Below are positions 46,448 to 56,447 of a stretch of DNA of 64,000 bases, in pieces. The position numbers and the translations under genes were made by a program. Origin of the DNA: Patescibacteria group bacterium (lineage in GTDB: Bacteria > Patescibacteriota > Minisyncoccia > Phycocordibacterales > CSBR16-119); assembly GCA_052033715.1 (NCBI GenBank), contig JBPOJJ010000002.1:94408-158407 (forward strand), in the 5' to 3' direction. The notes beneath the pieces are model-generated. The model worked only from the letters and a program-made list of their open reading frames with translations, did no database searches and was not told where the DNA came from. The first letter of the stretch is position 1. Each line of letters starts with the position of its first letter.

Positions 46448-46651
46448 ATGAAACCGTTTAAAGCCATCTCTCGGGTGCTTCTGATACTTACGGCCGCGAC
46501 CTTCCTTCATAGTCTGGTCCGGCCGGAACACCTAAGCTTCCTGTCCTGGTTGCGCTGGGTGTTCTTGGGCCTCACTATCGTTTTTGCGGTCGTGAACTTC
46601 TTGCTCTCTTTGGTCAACAATCCTCAAGAAGATGGACCCCCAGGAGCATGA
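46448..46651 (+). CDS. Small membrane protein (two TM), GC-rich (~52%)
   Basis: 67 aa hydrophobic ORF followed by terminator GAAAGCCTCGGCACTCCCGAGGCTTTC (46658-46700). Confidence 0.35.
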   Translation: MKPFKAISRVLLILTAATFLHSLVRPEHLSFLSWLRWVFLGLTIVFAVVNFLLSLVNNPQEDGPPGA

Positions 46652-46704
46652 AGTCCTTTGTCGCCTGAAAGCCTCGGCACTCCCGAGGCTTTCGCGTTTT
46701 AGTT

Positions 46705-48537
46705 TTAATTTTCTTTTGTTGAGATCGGGATTTCATCCTCGGCGTATTCGTAAATGTCGACAACTTTTTTCAATTCTTCGATAGAGGTAACTCCGTTTAT
46801 GCATTTTACAAATCCATCCTCAACCATATTTAGAATTCCTTGTTTTTCGGAAATTTCTTTGATTTCTTTTTCACTTGGATTCATCGGCATGATATTTTGC
46901 AGAGCCTCATCGGCCATGATCGCCTCAAAGACCCCAATGCGGCCTTTATAACCAATACCATTACAAGCAGGACATCCTGGCGCCGTCCAAAGTTCTATTT
47001 TTTGTTTTGGGTCGACGTTGTACTCTTTTAATTTTTTTCCAAGTTTGTCGGCGCGGACCAAAGTTTTTCCAATAACGTCTTCCTCTTCCTTGGTTGCTGG
47101 TCTTTTGATCTTACATTTAGTACAAAGTTTTCGAGTGAGGCGTTGCGCGATAGCCATTGAGAGCGCTGAAGCAAGAATTTTTGGATTGACTCCGAGGTCG
47201 ATTAGACGAGGCACGACGCCGGCGGCGTTGTTGGTATGGAGGGTTGAGAATACCATGTGTCCAGTGAGCGAGGCCTCAACGGCAATACGCGCTGTGTCAG
47301 AGTCACGGATTTCTCCAACCATCACCACATCAGGATCCTGACGCAGGGCCGAGACAAGTCCCTCGAGGAAGTCGTAACCACGCTCGGGATTGGTTTGTGT
47401 CTGGGTTATTCCTTCGAGGTGATATTCAACCGGTTCCTCGATTGTCAGAATTTTAATTTCCGGCGAGTAAATTCGACGCAAGAATGCGTAGAGAGAAGTA
47501 GATTTTCCCGAACCTGTCGGGCCAGTGATAAGGATGAGTCCGTTTGGTTTATCAATCTCGCGCGAGATGATCCCGTAAAGTCTTTTGTCGATTCCCATAT
47601 CCTCAAGATCAACTTGAATTGATTTTGGATTCAAGATTCGCATGACAATACCTTCGCCGAACGCTCCGGGAATGATGCTGGTTCGCATGCTAATTTCTTC
47701 ACCACTTACGAAAATAGAAAATCTTCCATCTTGAGCTTTGTTGTGTGCTAGTTTTAGACCAGATAGAAGTTTGATGCGCGAATTTATGAATTCAAAAGTT
47801 TTGTAATCGATGAATGTGATATTGTGAAGTATTCCATCGAGCCTGATTCTCAAACGCACTTGGCCATCTTCGGGCTCGATATGTACGTCAGAAGCGCCAA
47901 GCGCGATTGCGCCCGCAAAAATAATTTCAATAATTTTTGAAACTCGGTGTGTCGTGGTTTCTGCGTTTGTCGCGTCGATCATTGTCTTGATGTCTTCGAG
48001 TAACTTAATTTTTTCGGCTGTTTTTAAAAGTGTATCGCCGGAAATATCCAAGCTTCCGGCTTTTATTTTTTCCGCTTGAGAAATTTCTTGGTAGCGATCC
48101 CAGGCTTTTTCAAGTGAGGCATGCGAAGCCATAAACCAACTAATTACAAAACCTTTTCTTTTCAAATCGGCTTCGAGTTCAGCCAAACCATCGTGTTCTG
48201 GTGCGCGAACGGCGACCAAGAGTTTTTTTCCGGCGATATTAAAGGGTGCGACCTCTAGTTTTCTAGCCAGATCTTCCGGAACAGTCTTGAGGGCGTCGTT
48301 TTCTAGGATGACTTTGCTCAAATCCACGTAGGGGACATGATATTTGGTCTCAGCTAGAGTCTTGGCCAAAGCCTCCTCCTCCTGTAAATAGAGAAGTTCG
48401 AGCTTTTTATCCTCTTTTTGGTCATCGAATCGGGGCATATTGGTAAACATATTATACGGGAAATTGTCAAAAAACCCTTGTTTTTCCTGTGTATTTAGAC
48501 CAGGAAAGGGGCGGTTTAAACGCTTGACAAGATTCAT
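46705..48537 (-). CDS. pilB: Type IV pilus / type II secretion assembly ATPase (PilB/GspE family)
   Basis: Walker A GPTGSGKST, Walker B/Asp box, tetracysteine CPACNG...C, N-terminal GSPII-like domain. ORF-track N-terminal extension to 48939 rejected (overlaps divergent gene). Start placed at MNLVKRLNRPF (ATG 48535-48537). Confidence 0.85.
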   Translation of the reverse strand: MNLVKRLNRPFPGLNTQEKQGFFDNFPYNMFTNMPRFDDQKEDKKLELLYLQEEEALAKTLAETKYHVPYVDLSKVILENDALKTVPEDLARKLEVAPFNIAGKKLLVAVRAPEHDGLAELEADLKRKGFVISWFMASHASLEKAWDRYQEISQAEKIKAGSLDISGDTLLKTAEKIKLLEDIKTMIDATNAETTTHRVSKIIEIIFAGAIALGASDVHIEPEDGQVRLRIRLDGILHNITFIDYKTFEFINSRIKLLSGLKLAHNKAQDGRFSIFVSGEEISMRTSIIPGAFGEGIVMRILNPKSIQVDLEDMGIDKRLYGIISREIDKPNGLILITGPTGSGKSTSLYAFLRRIYSPEIKILTIEEPVEYHLEGITQTQTNPERGYDFLEGLVSALRQDPDVVMVGEIRDSDTARIAVEASLTGHMVFSTLHTNNAAGVVPRLIDLGVNPKILASALSMAIAQRLTRKLCTKCKIKRPATKEEEDVIGKTLVRADKLGKKLKEYNVDPKQKIELWTAPGCPACNGIGYKGRIGVFEAIMADEALQNIMPMNPSEKEIKEISEKQGILNMVEDGFVKCINGVTSIEELKKVVDIYEYAEDEIPISTKEN

Positions 48538-48633
48538 GGTATATGCTATGATACACACAAAGGTTCCAGGCTCTTTGCAAAGTGAACCTACAACCAACGA
48601 AACAACAACCACAACCCAAATACCCAGAACGAC

Positions 48634-49569
48634 ATGAAAAAGCTGTTTTCCCTCCTCGCCATCTTCGTGATGGCCCTGAGCATGAACGCTCAGCAGAACA
48701 ACGCAACCCTGCTTCAGGGGCAAGCGTACCAGATCATGCAGACCATGGAGCGTGATAGCGTCCCGCAGATGACGATCGGAGTCGGTGGCCTCATCGCCAA
48801 CGGCCCGGCAGTGTCTCCTCGGACGGTTTCCCCTCCTGCTTCTGCACAACGCCCCGCGGCGAACAATGGTGTTCCCGCGAAAGCCAAAACGACGAAGATC
48901 AATGGTGTTGAGGTGTTCGTCACCCCGTACGGCCTGCATCTTCCAGGAGACATGTTCCCTGACCCGAATACAGGCGAGGAACTAGTCGTTGATGATTACG
49001 GTAACGTGCTCAAGACCGGCAAGATGTGGAAACAAGCGCCGCTACCTAATCCCAGCAACAACACGGGAAACGCGACAGCTAGTTTGACGGTGGTGCCTTC
49101 GATCGGCGATCTCTACGACACGTTGCCTGGCGGCCGCATTGTGGCTATCGGCGATGTGCGCGTGATCGATTCGGCAGGAAGCACTACTCAAGCCGGTTCA
49201 GGAACAGCCTCTACTGGTGGCGAATCGAAGTTCAAGAAGATGCAGATCGCACCAAACGAAATCCTCTTCAACGAGGAAACTGGTGAGGTTGCTCTGCTCG
49301 ATCGTCGCCGTGAGCGCTTGCGCACAAACCGTGGATACGGCGTTGGCACTAGCCCCGAAGAAGATCATCAACCGAATACGTGGCCGAACGCAATGGCTGC
49401 GCGGTTCAGTTCGATCGATGGTTCTGGAAGCGCCGCGAGCGGTGGAATGATGCTTGGTGCCGGAGGTGTTGCCTGCGGTCCGACCGTGGTCTACAATCAA
49501 CGGCCTCGCGCCGTTGCTACTTACGGTGTGCGTGGTGGTGATTGCTGGACTCCTTCGTGGAGGCGGTAG
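48634..49569 (+). CDS. Secreted hypothetical protein, strongly GC-rich (~57%)
   Basis: Signal peptide MKKLFSLLAIFVMALSMNAQ. Gly/Ala/Ser/Pro-rich. No family recognised. Composition very different from genome background. Confidence 0.6.
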   Translation: MKKLFSLLAIFVMALSMNAQQNNATLLQGQAYQIMQTMERDSVPQMTIGVGGLIANGPAVSPRTVSPPASAQRPAANNGVPAKAKTTKINGVEVFVTPYGLHLPGDMFPDPNTGEELVVDDYGNVLKTGKMWKQAPLPNPSNNTGNATASLTVVPSIGDLYDTLPGGRIVAIGDVRVIDSAGSTTQAGSGTASTGGESKFKKMQIAPNEILFNEETGEVALLDRRRERLRTNRGYGVGTSPEEDHQPNTWPNAMAARFSSIDGSGSAASGGMMLGAGGVACGPTVVYNQRPRAVATYGVRGGDCWTPSWRR

Positions 49570-49677
49570 GTTCTGAAATAGCTTGATGGGCGAGAGACTT
49601 CAAATCTCGCCCTCATTCCTAAGTTCTTGATTTAAAAATCGAGGATTTAGAGATGAAGATTAAATAATATAAATTAT

Positions 49678-51258
49678 ATGAAAAATATTACAAACAAAAT
49701 AAAACTAATCCCGTTTGCCATATTCGCTTTTGCGTTTTTGTTTGGTGCGCCGCAGTCAACTTTGGCTGCTTGTACCGCAACAGGTGGACCAACCGGATAC
49801 AATGAATGGCTCCAGAACCAATGGTGGTGTTTGGATGGTTCAAATGACGATGATAATGACGATGACGATAACGACGGGGACAACGACAATCTAAACGTCA
49901 TTACTCGTTCAGCTATCAATATCGACGAAGATTCTGCGACAATTCGTGGAGAAATCACAGAAATTGATGAAAGCGAGGACTACGTCAGATTCTTCCAGTG
50001 GGGAACTTCATCTTCAAATCTAAATCAAACAAGCACAATGTCTGGTACAACAGACAACGAGGGAACATTCTCTATGACCCTCTCTGGACTAAACGATAAC
50101 GACACTTACTACTATCGTGCTTGTGCGGAAAACGTCGACAATTCAAATGACGACGACTGTGGTTCGACATACTATTTCACAACCGACAACGATAGTTCTG
50201 ACGATAATGACAACGACAACGACAACGATAACGATAATGACAACGATAACGACGGTGACGTCTTGGGCGCGACAGATGGAGACATCATTACTACAGACGC
50301 GACGAATGTTACCGCCACATCTGCGACCCTAAACGGACTTGTTGCAGAAAACGACAGTTCTGAAACAGTTTGGTTCGAATATGGTCCAACCGTAGGTCTT
50401 GGATATAGAACAGCAAACAAAACCATCTACGCTCAACAGAGTATTGTCTCAACAACAATCTACGGCCTTACTCCTGGAAAAGCTTATTTCTTCCGATTGG
50501 TTTCAGCTGATGGCGAAACAGGCGACTTTAAAGCCTTCATTACAAATTCTGCCACAGTAACTTCTTCGGGAGGCGGTCACACTAGTGGAGGATTAAGTAA
50601 TTCTGGAAGCTCTAACTCGAACAACAATTCAAACAACAACACAAATACTGGCGAAGTAATATTCGAAACTATCCAGTACTTGAAAGTCGAATTGGTCGCT
50701 GCTCACTCAGACGTTCGTCCTGGAGACATAATTCCTTTCGAAGTCGTTTATGAAAACCTAAGCGACAAGAACTTGAAAGACGTTATTGTGGTTGTTGATT
50801 TTCCAAAGGAAATGACAGTAACTGATGTTGGTCCAGGTAAACTAATCTCGACTCAGAAGATTGAAGTCAGAATCCCGGTTCTTCCAGCTTACACAAAAGG
50901 TAACTTTGGTGTAACAGCGAAGGTTGGCGAAAAAACTCCTGACGAGACTTTCTTGGTCACCGTTGTTAATGCGAACTTCGAACACCCAGTTGAAAAGAAC
51001 ACTCGAATGGAAGTTGTAAACTCTTCAATCATCCGTGTCTCGATGCTTGCTCCAATGCGTGTGAGCCAGGCAGCTGCACTTGGAACTTTGGGAACATTTT
51101 TCCCAACTACATTCCTCGGATGGCTAGTGCTTATCACTGTTATCGTTATTCTCATCTACGTCTCTCGTAAACTTTACAAAGAGCGTGAAGAGGAAAAGAA
51201 ACGAAAGCAGAAAGAGCAAGCCGCCCACCAGCCTCAATTCAAAATAATCGATAGATAA
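49678..51258 (+). CDS. Secreted, C-terminally membrane-anchored protein with acidic D/N repeat tracts and Ig/FN3-like domains
   Basis: Signal peptide, DDDNDDDDNDGDNDN and (DN)n tracts, C-terminal TM (LGWLVLITVIVILIYV) followed by KR-rich tail. Confidence 0.7.
   Translation: MKNITNKIKLIPFAIFAFAFLFGAPQSTLAACTATGGPTGYNEWLQNQWWCLDGSNDDDNDDDDNDGDNDNLNVITRSAINIDEDSATIRGEITEIDESEDYVRFFQWGTSSSNLNQTSTMSGTTDNEGTFSMTLSGLNDNDTYYYRACAENVDNSNDDDCGSTYYFTTDNDSSDDNDNDNDNDNDNDNDNDGDVLGATDGDIITTDATNVTATSATLNGLVAENDSSETVWFEYGPTVGLGYRTANKTIYAQQSIVSTTIYGLTPGKAYFFRLVSADGETGDFKAFITNSATVTSSGGGHTSGGLSNSGSSNSNNNSNNNTNTGEVIFETIQYLKVELVAAHSDVRPGDIIPFEVVYENLSDKNLKDVIVVVDFPKEMTVTDVGPGKLISTQKIEVRIPVLPAYTKGNFGVTAKVGEKTPDETFLVTVVNANFEHPVEKNTRMEVVNSSIIRVSMLAPMRVSQAAALGTLGTFFPTTFLGWLVLITVIVILIYVSRKLYKEREEEKKRKQKEQAAHQPQFKIIDR
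50201..50259 (+). repeat. In-frame hexanucleotide microsatellite (GACAAC/GATAAC)n encoding (DN)n. Shorter tract at 49845-49890.
   Basis: gacgataatgacaacgacaacgacaacgataacgataatgacaacgataacgacggtgac seen directly. Confidence 0.8.
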
Positions 51259-51307
51259 AACAAAACTACCCCAAAAGGGTAGTTTTGTTTTATGTTAAAA
51301 TGGTCGC

Positions 51308-51742
51308 ATGATTACTAGGGGTCCAGAGGAAACCAAGGAGACGGCCAAGAAGTTTGTGGCAGATTTGGCTGGCTCAAAACTACCAGAACAAGGCGCGACA
51401 ATCGTCGAGCTGGTGGGGGATTTGGGTGCTGGCAAGACGACTTTTATGGGTGGAGTTGGCGAATTCTTTGGTATAAAAGAAGCAATCATTAGCCCCACTT
51501 TTCTAATTCAAAGAAATTACAAAATCGAAGGGAACTTTCCTTGGAAAAACTTGGTTCACCTCGATGCCTATAGAATTGAAAATGGGGATGAACTTCGGGG
51601 AATTAATTGGGAAAAATATTCGAGTAATCCGGAAAATTTGATTTTCGTTGAGTGGCCAGAAAATTTACGGACAAGTTTTCCAGCAACAAAAAGAATCGAA
51701 TTTAAGCATTTAAGCGAAAACGAACGTGAAATCCAAATCTAA
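51308..51742 (+). CDS. tsaE: tRNA t6A37 biosynthesis ATPase TsaE (YjeE)
   Basis: P-loop GDLGAGKTTF, ISPTFLIQRNYKI and HLDAYRIE motifs. Confidence 0.85.
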   Translation: MITRGPEETKETAKKFVADLAGSKLPEQGATIVELVGDLGAGKTTFMGGVGEFFGIKEAIISPTFLIQRNYKIEGNFPWKNLVHLDAYRIENGDELRGINWEKYSSNPENLIFVEWPENLRTSFPATKRIEFKHLSENEREIQI

Positions 51743-54083
51743 AAAAAGAATAGTTTTGCTCGACACTCATGCGATTATTCATCGCGCGTATCATGCCTTA
51801 CCAGACTTCACGACGTCCTCGGGCGAGCCAACCGGCGCGCTTTATGGGCTGTCGACGATGATTCTTTCGATTATCAAAGACTTAAAACCAGATTACATCC
51901 TTGCTTGCTATGACTTGCCGGGTGGAACTTTTCGAAACGAAATGACGGCCACCTACAAAGCCAATCGCAAGAAAGGTGACGACGCTTTGATTGAGCAAAT
52001 CGTAAAATCTCGCGAAGTCATGGAAGCTTTCGCTATTCCTTGTTACGAGAAAAAGGGTTACGAGGCTGACGACTTGCTCGGCACCATTGCCGAGAAACTA
52101 AAGGTCGACAAAGAGCGGGAAATAATTATCGCTTCCGGGGACATGGACACTATGCAGTTGGTGGATAAGGCGCAGGTTAAAATTTTTACTCTTCGAAAAG
52201 GTCTCTCTGACACAATTACTTATGACGAAAAAGCTGTCATTGAGCGCTTTGGCTTTGGTCCAAAATTTTTGGCGGACTATAAGGGCCTCCGAGGCGACCC
52301 ATCAGACAACATTGTTGGTGTTGCTGGAATTGGCGAGAAAACCGCCACAACCCTCATTTCTAAATTCGGTGGAATCGAAAATATTTATAAGAAACTCAAA
52401 AAAGGCGATGCAGAATTTAAAGAAGCCGGACTAACTCCGCGCATTATCGAGCTTTTAAAAAACAACGAAGAAGAAGCGCTCTTCTCTAAAACTTTAGCGA
52501 CCATCGTCCGTGATGCGCCAATCGATTTTACTTTGCCCGAGAAAACTTGGCGAGAAACTATTGATACAAACAAAACCGAAAAAATGTTTCAGAAGTTTGA
52601 ATTCCGTTCACTCGTTTCACGACTGCGAAACATTTTGGAAATAGAAGAGGTTGTCGTACCAAAGGAACAAAACAACATGGACCCGATAGAACTAAAAAAA
52701 CTTGGAATTGCGCTTTGGATTCTTGATTCTGAAACAACGACCCCAGATCTCGAAGATATCTTTGCCTATACCAAGACTCGCGATCTGGGTGACGCCAAAA
52801 AAGTTCTCTGGAACGATTTACAGAAAAACAAACTCGACAAGGTTTACACTGAAATAGAAGAGCCAATCATCAATGTAATTGAAGAAATGCAGCACTACGG
52901 TATCAAGATCGACAAGAAATATTTAGAGAATCTGTCACACAATTATCATAAAACGCTCGAGGGAATCGAAAAAGAAATCTACAAACTTGCCGGTCAAGAA
53001 TTTAACATCAAGTCACCAAAGCAACTCGGTGAAATTTTGTTTGAAGTACTGCATCTTCCAACGGCTGGAATCAAAAAATCCGCCACTGGTGGCTACTCGA
53101 CGCAGATCACTGTTCTTGAAAAACTCGAAGACGCTCATCCGATAATAAAGAAAATCATGGAATATCGCGAACTTCAGAAGCTTCTGTCGACTTATATCGA
53201 CGTCATTCCCGAAATGGTGGCCGAGGACGGACGCTTGCATGCGGAATTTTTACAAGCCGGGACAACAACCGGAAGATTTTCTTCGAACAACCCAAACCTT
53301 CAAAATATTCCGATCAAGTCTGAACTCGGCAAGGCTATACGCGGAGGATTTGTGGCAGGTGAGGGGAATGTCTTGATGTCATTTGATTACTCTCAGATGG
53401 AGCTTCGTTTGGCCGCAATTTTTTCCGGCGACGAGAGTTTGAAAAACATTTTCATTAAAGGTGATGACGTACACACGGCGGTGGCTTCGCGAGTCTTTGG
53501 TGTGCCGATGCCAGAAGTTACAAAAGAAATGCGTCGTCATGCCAAAGTTATTAACTTTGGAATTCTTTACGGCATGGGCGTCAACGCTTTGAAGAAAAAT
53601 CTGGGAAGCTCACATAAAGAAGCGGCGGAGTTTTATGCAGATTACTTCAAACAATTTCAAAGTTTCGAGTCTTATCTCGAAGATACGAAGAATTTTGCCC
53701 GAAAGTATGGTTACACCGAAACTTTGTTTGGCCGCCGCCGATATTTCCCGACGATTAACTCGTCTGTGCCGTTCATTCAAAAAATGGCCGAACGCACTGC
53801 AATAAATGCACCAATTCAGGGAACCCTGGCCGACATCGTTAAACTCGCCATGCGATTTATCGACGAGAGGTTGAAAAGTGAGGGGTTATCTGACTCGGCG
53901 CACTTGATTTTACAGATCCATGACGAGCTTATTTTTGAGGTCCGGGAAGGAGTAGTAGAGAAAGTGGCACCAATAATCAGGGAAGAAATGGAGGGCGTTT
54001 TGGAGAAATCCTATATCCACTTCAAAACCGAAGTGCCAATCACAGTCAATTATTCGGCCGGAAAAACTTGGCAAGAGCTATAA
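51726..54083 (+). CDS. polA: DNA polymerase I (5' nuclease + polymerase. Proofreading domain vestigial)
   Basis: 5'-3' exo/FEN N-terminus. Pol A motifs (DYSQMELRLAA, RRHAKVINFGILYGM, QIHDELIFE). 785 aa leaves little room for a 3'-5' exo domain. Confidence 0.9.
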   Translation: MKSKSKKRIVLLDTHAIIHRAYHALPDFTTSSGEPTGALYGLSTMILSIIKDLKPDYILACYDLPGGTFRNEMTATYKANRKKGDDALIEQIVKSREVMEAFAIPCYEKKGYEADDLLGTIAEKLKVDKEREIIIASGDMDTMQLVDKAQVKIFTLRKGLSDTITYDEKAVIERFGFGPKFLADYKGLRGDPSDNIVGVAGIGEKTATTLISKFGGIENIYKKLKKGDAEFKEAGLTPRIIELLKNNEEEALFSKTLATIVRDAPIDFTLPEKTWRETIDTNKTEKMFQKFEFRSLVSRLRNILEIEEVVVPKEQNNMDPIELKKLGIALWILDSETTTPDLEDIFAYTKTRDLGDAKKVLWNDLQKNKLDKVYTEIEEPIINVIEEMQHYGIKIDKKYLENLSHNYHKTLEGIEKEIYKLAGQEFNIKSPKQLGEILFEVLHLPTAGIKKSATGGYSTQITVLEKLEDAHPIIKKIMEYRELQKLLSTYIDVIPEMVAEDGRLHAEFLQAGTTTGRFSSNNPNLQNIPIKSELGKAIRGGFVAGEGNVLMSFDYSQMELRLAAIFSGDESLKNIFIKGDDVHTAVASRVFGVPMPEVTKEMRRHAKVINFGILYGMGVNALKKNLGSSHKEAAEFYADYFKQFQSFESYLEDTKNFARKYGYTETLFGRRRYFPTINSSVPFIQKMAERTAINAPIQGTLADIVKLAMRFIDERLKSEGLSDSAHLILQIHDELIFEVREGVVEKVAPIIREEMEGVLEKSYIHFKTEVPITVNYSAGKTWQEL

Positions 54084-54084
54084 G

Positions 54085-54219
54085 CCCCGACACCAAATAT
54101 CTCATGGTTTTTTATTATGCCAAAAGATTCGTCCAACCAAACCGGCTTTAGGCGAAGGATTTAAAATATCACGAAATTTATTTCGAAAAAGCAGAATAAC
54201 GAGATATTTGGTGTGGGGG
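54085..54219. repeat. 19-bp inverted repeat (CCCCGACACCAAATATCTC ... GAGATATTTGGTGTGGGGG) enclosing 97 nt, immediately 3' of polA
   Basis: Seen directly. Arm sequence is a close relative of the pif1-terminator hairpin arms (20076-20120). Confidence 0.7.
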
Positions 54220-54242
54220 TAGAAAAGGTCTATAATAGTCTT

Positions 54243-54731
54243 ATGAAAATGAACGAACGTCATCCTAAAGAAAACACTATCTCAAATTTGAGCTCGTATT
54301 CGACCATTGTCTTTGGTTTGGCGCTTTTTGTGGCTATTATCTTGGACATCGTTCACCCACTAAAGTTTTTGACTGAACCATTGAATAGATATCTGGGAAT
54401 CTCTCTAATCGCACTTAGTACGGTTATCATATATTGGGCCGAAAGACTCGGAAAAATATTTTCTGAAAGACGAAAGAAAGGTGAAATCAAAGAAGCAGAA
54501 CATCTGGCCATGGGTCCATATTTTTGGACCAGGAATCCGAAATATTTGGCCCTTGCGATTTTACTTATCGGCCTCGGTATTACTATAAATTCATTATTCG
54601 TTACTCTTTCATCGATCGTCGCTCTCATTATCGTCAATTATTTTCTTCTTTCCAAGGAAGAAGAGCTTATGGAAACTCGTCATGGCGAGATTTACCATGA
54701 ATACAAAAAGAAAGTAAGGAAGTGGTTATAA
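54243..54731 (+). CDS. Isoprenylcysteine carboxyl methyltransferase / phospholipid methyltransferase-family membrane protein
   Basis: WTRNPKYLALAILLIG...EEEELMETRHGEIYHEYKKKV is the ICMT/PEMT C-terminal motif. TATAAT 6 nt upstream of ATG 54243 (leaderless). ORF-track GTG start at 54213 lies inside the inverted repeat. Confidence 0.7.
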   Translation: MKMNERHPKENTISNLSSYSTIVFGLALFVAIILDIVHPLKFLTEPLNRYLGISLIALSTVIIYWAERLGKIFSERRKKGEIKEAEHLAMGPYFWTRNPKYLALAILLIGLGITINSLFVTLSSIVALIIVNYFLLSKEEELMETRHGEIYHEYKKKVRKWL

Positions 54732-54732
54732 A

Positions 54733-55431
54733 ATGATCTACGTTTTTTTAGGAGACGATTCAGATAAAAAATTAAAAGCGCGTGAAGAGGTTTTGAAAAA
54801 TTTCCCCGAAAGAGAAGTCTTTTTTCTAAACGAAGGTAATTTTTCTCGAGACCAATTTCAAAATTTCCTTGCAGGGAGCGATTTGTTTGCCAAAAAATAC
54901 GTCATCGTTCTCGGCTCTTTGATCTCGAGCGATGTTTCTGATTTTGTCTTGGACAAAGCCAGGCAGATGCAAGAATCCGAAAATATTTTTATAATTCTCG
55001 AGACAGAAATCCTAAAAGCCTCAAGCGAAATTTTAAAAAAAGTTGCCAAAGATTGGAAAACTTTTGATTTACCAAAAACGACAGAGACTAAGTTTAATAT
55101 TTTCTCCATCACTGATGCTTTCGGCGCACGAGACAAGAAAAACACCTGGGTTTTGATGCAAAAGGCTTTGCAAGAGGGAATTGCTGCCGAAGAAATTTTG
55201 AATATCTTGATCTGGCAGACCAAAAATCTATTGTTTGTTGTTGGGGGGGAAGACATGAAAAGTACGAGCTTAAGTCCTTTTGTTTACAACAAATCTAAAA
55301 ATTATTCCAAAAATTACAAACCAGAAGAACTCAAAGATATTTCGCGACAACTTGTAACGATGTTTCATGAAAGTCATTTGGGACTAGAGCTTGAGCCAAA
55401 TCTAGAAAAATTCTTATTAAAAACTCTATAA
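54733..55431 (+). CDS. Possible DNA polymerase III delta subunit (HolA-like), short form
   Basis: 232 aa. Layout loosely HolA-like. Followed by hairpin terminator GGCTCATTACT...AGTAATGAGCC (55441-55489). Assignment tentative. Confidence 0.35.
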   Translation: MIYVFLGDDSDKKLKAREEVLKNFPEREVFFLNEGNFSRDQFQNFLAGSDLFAKKYVIVLGSLISSDVSDFVLDKARQMQESENIFIILETEILKASSEILKKVAKDWKTFDLPKTTETKFNIFSITDAFGARDKKNTWVLMQKALQEGIAAEEILNILIWQTKNLLFVVGGEDMKSTSLSPFVYNKSKNYSKNYKPEELKDISRQLVTMFHESHLGLELEPNLEKFLLKTL

Positions 55432-55906
55432 AAGACAAATGGCTCATTACTCGAGTTTCGTCCGCGGGACAAAAACCAAGTAATGAGCCAATTGTTCAGC
55501 CAAGGGCTGATAGAAAAGAGCTGTGTGCCGTAGGAAACGACACCAAACGTCAACAAAGAACTCGGTATCTCGTAATCGGGACTAAGCGATTTGTGTTTCT
55601 TGGAACACCGTTTTATGCCATGCGACCCATTTAACGTTGCGTTAAATATTTTTTTCTAGAACCTACATGGTTCGAATGTTGGGTTGGCACTGAACGTTTC
55701 GCTTGTTTAAATTCTATTACCAAATGTCCTTTATGCAAAGGAGATAAAGGACATTCTGTGGATAAAGGACATTTCGCAAATCGTGTTTAGAAAAAGACAC
55801 GCGTTCCCTCCTGTAAACGGCGAGCCGCTAAGACTCAGAAAGTCGGCCATCAAGCCGACTTTCTTCCGTATTGTCTTTTTCTAAACATGCTTTGCTCCGT
55901 TGGTGG

Positions 55907-56443
55907 CTAGGAGGGGGTGGAGAATCTTCGTTTGTTGAGGGTCATTAGGATTATGACTACGAAGAAGGCTAGAGACATGACAGGGATATCGACAAAGCCG
56001 AAAACTTTGACGTAATTTTGGAGACACGACACGCCGATAACGTCGCAGGCCAAGACGTCTTTACCCAAAAACTTCTCAATATTGTGCCAAAGTGCGATAA
56101 GTCCACCAATGATCGATAAAACTAGGGCGTAATCCCAGATTTCTGTGGCTTTACGCTTCATAAGGGCGACAAAGGACATTATGGCAATCGGATACATAAG
56201 AATTCTCTGGTACCAACAGAGCGGGCAAGGTACAAATCCGATGAATTGGTAGGTCAAACTTCCGGCCATGCCAGCCAAAGAGATCAAAAACACCAACAGG
56301 AGTCCCTTTTTAGCCATCCAGGCGTAAATTGGACCCCTGTCTTTGGTAAACAGGCCAATAAGAAGCACTAAAGAAATAGCCAGAGACAGGATTGTCCCTA
56401 TAGCAAAGATAAAATTGACGGTGTTAATGATATCGGCGTTCAT
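55907..56443 (-). CDS. Disulfide bond formation protein B (DsbB/BdbC family)
   Basis: Four TM helices with CPLCWYQR in the first extracytoplasmic loop and a second Cys pair (C...C) in the second loop. Confidence 0.75.
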   Translation of the reverse strand: MNADIINTVNFIFAIGTILSLAISLVLLIGLFTKDRGPIYAWMAKKGLLLVFLISLAGMAGSLTYQFIGFVPCPLCWYQRILMYPIAIMSFVALMKRKATEIWDYALVLSIIGGLIALWHNIEKFLGKDVLACDVIGVSCLQNYVKVFGFVDIPVMSLAFFVVIILMTLNKRRFSTPS

Positions 56444-56447
56444 GTTT

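Noticed and set aside
48538-48939. 134-aa N-terminal extension of the pilB ORF
   Set aside because: Overlaps the divergent GC-rich gene (48634-49569) on the other strand. Arg-rich nonsense translation. PilB homology starts at MNLVKRL.
55640-55680. GGTTCGAAT T-loop-like motif suggesting a tRNA
   Set aside because: No acceptor, D or anticodon stems can be paired around it. Probably chance, or part of an uncharacterised RNA.
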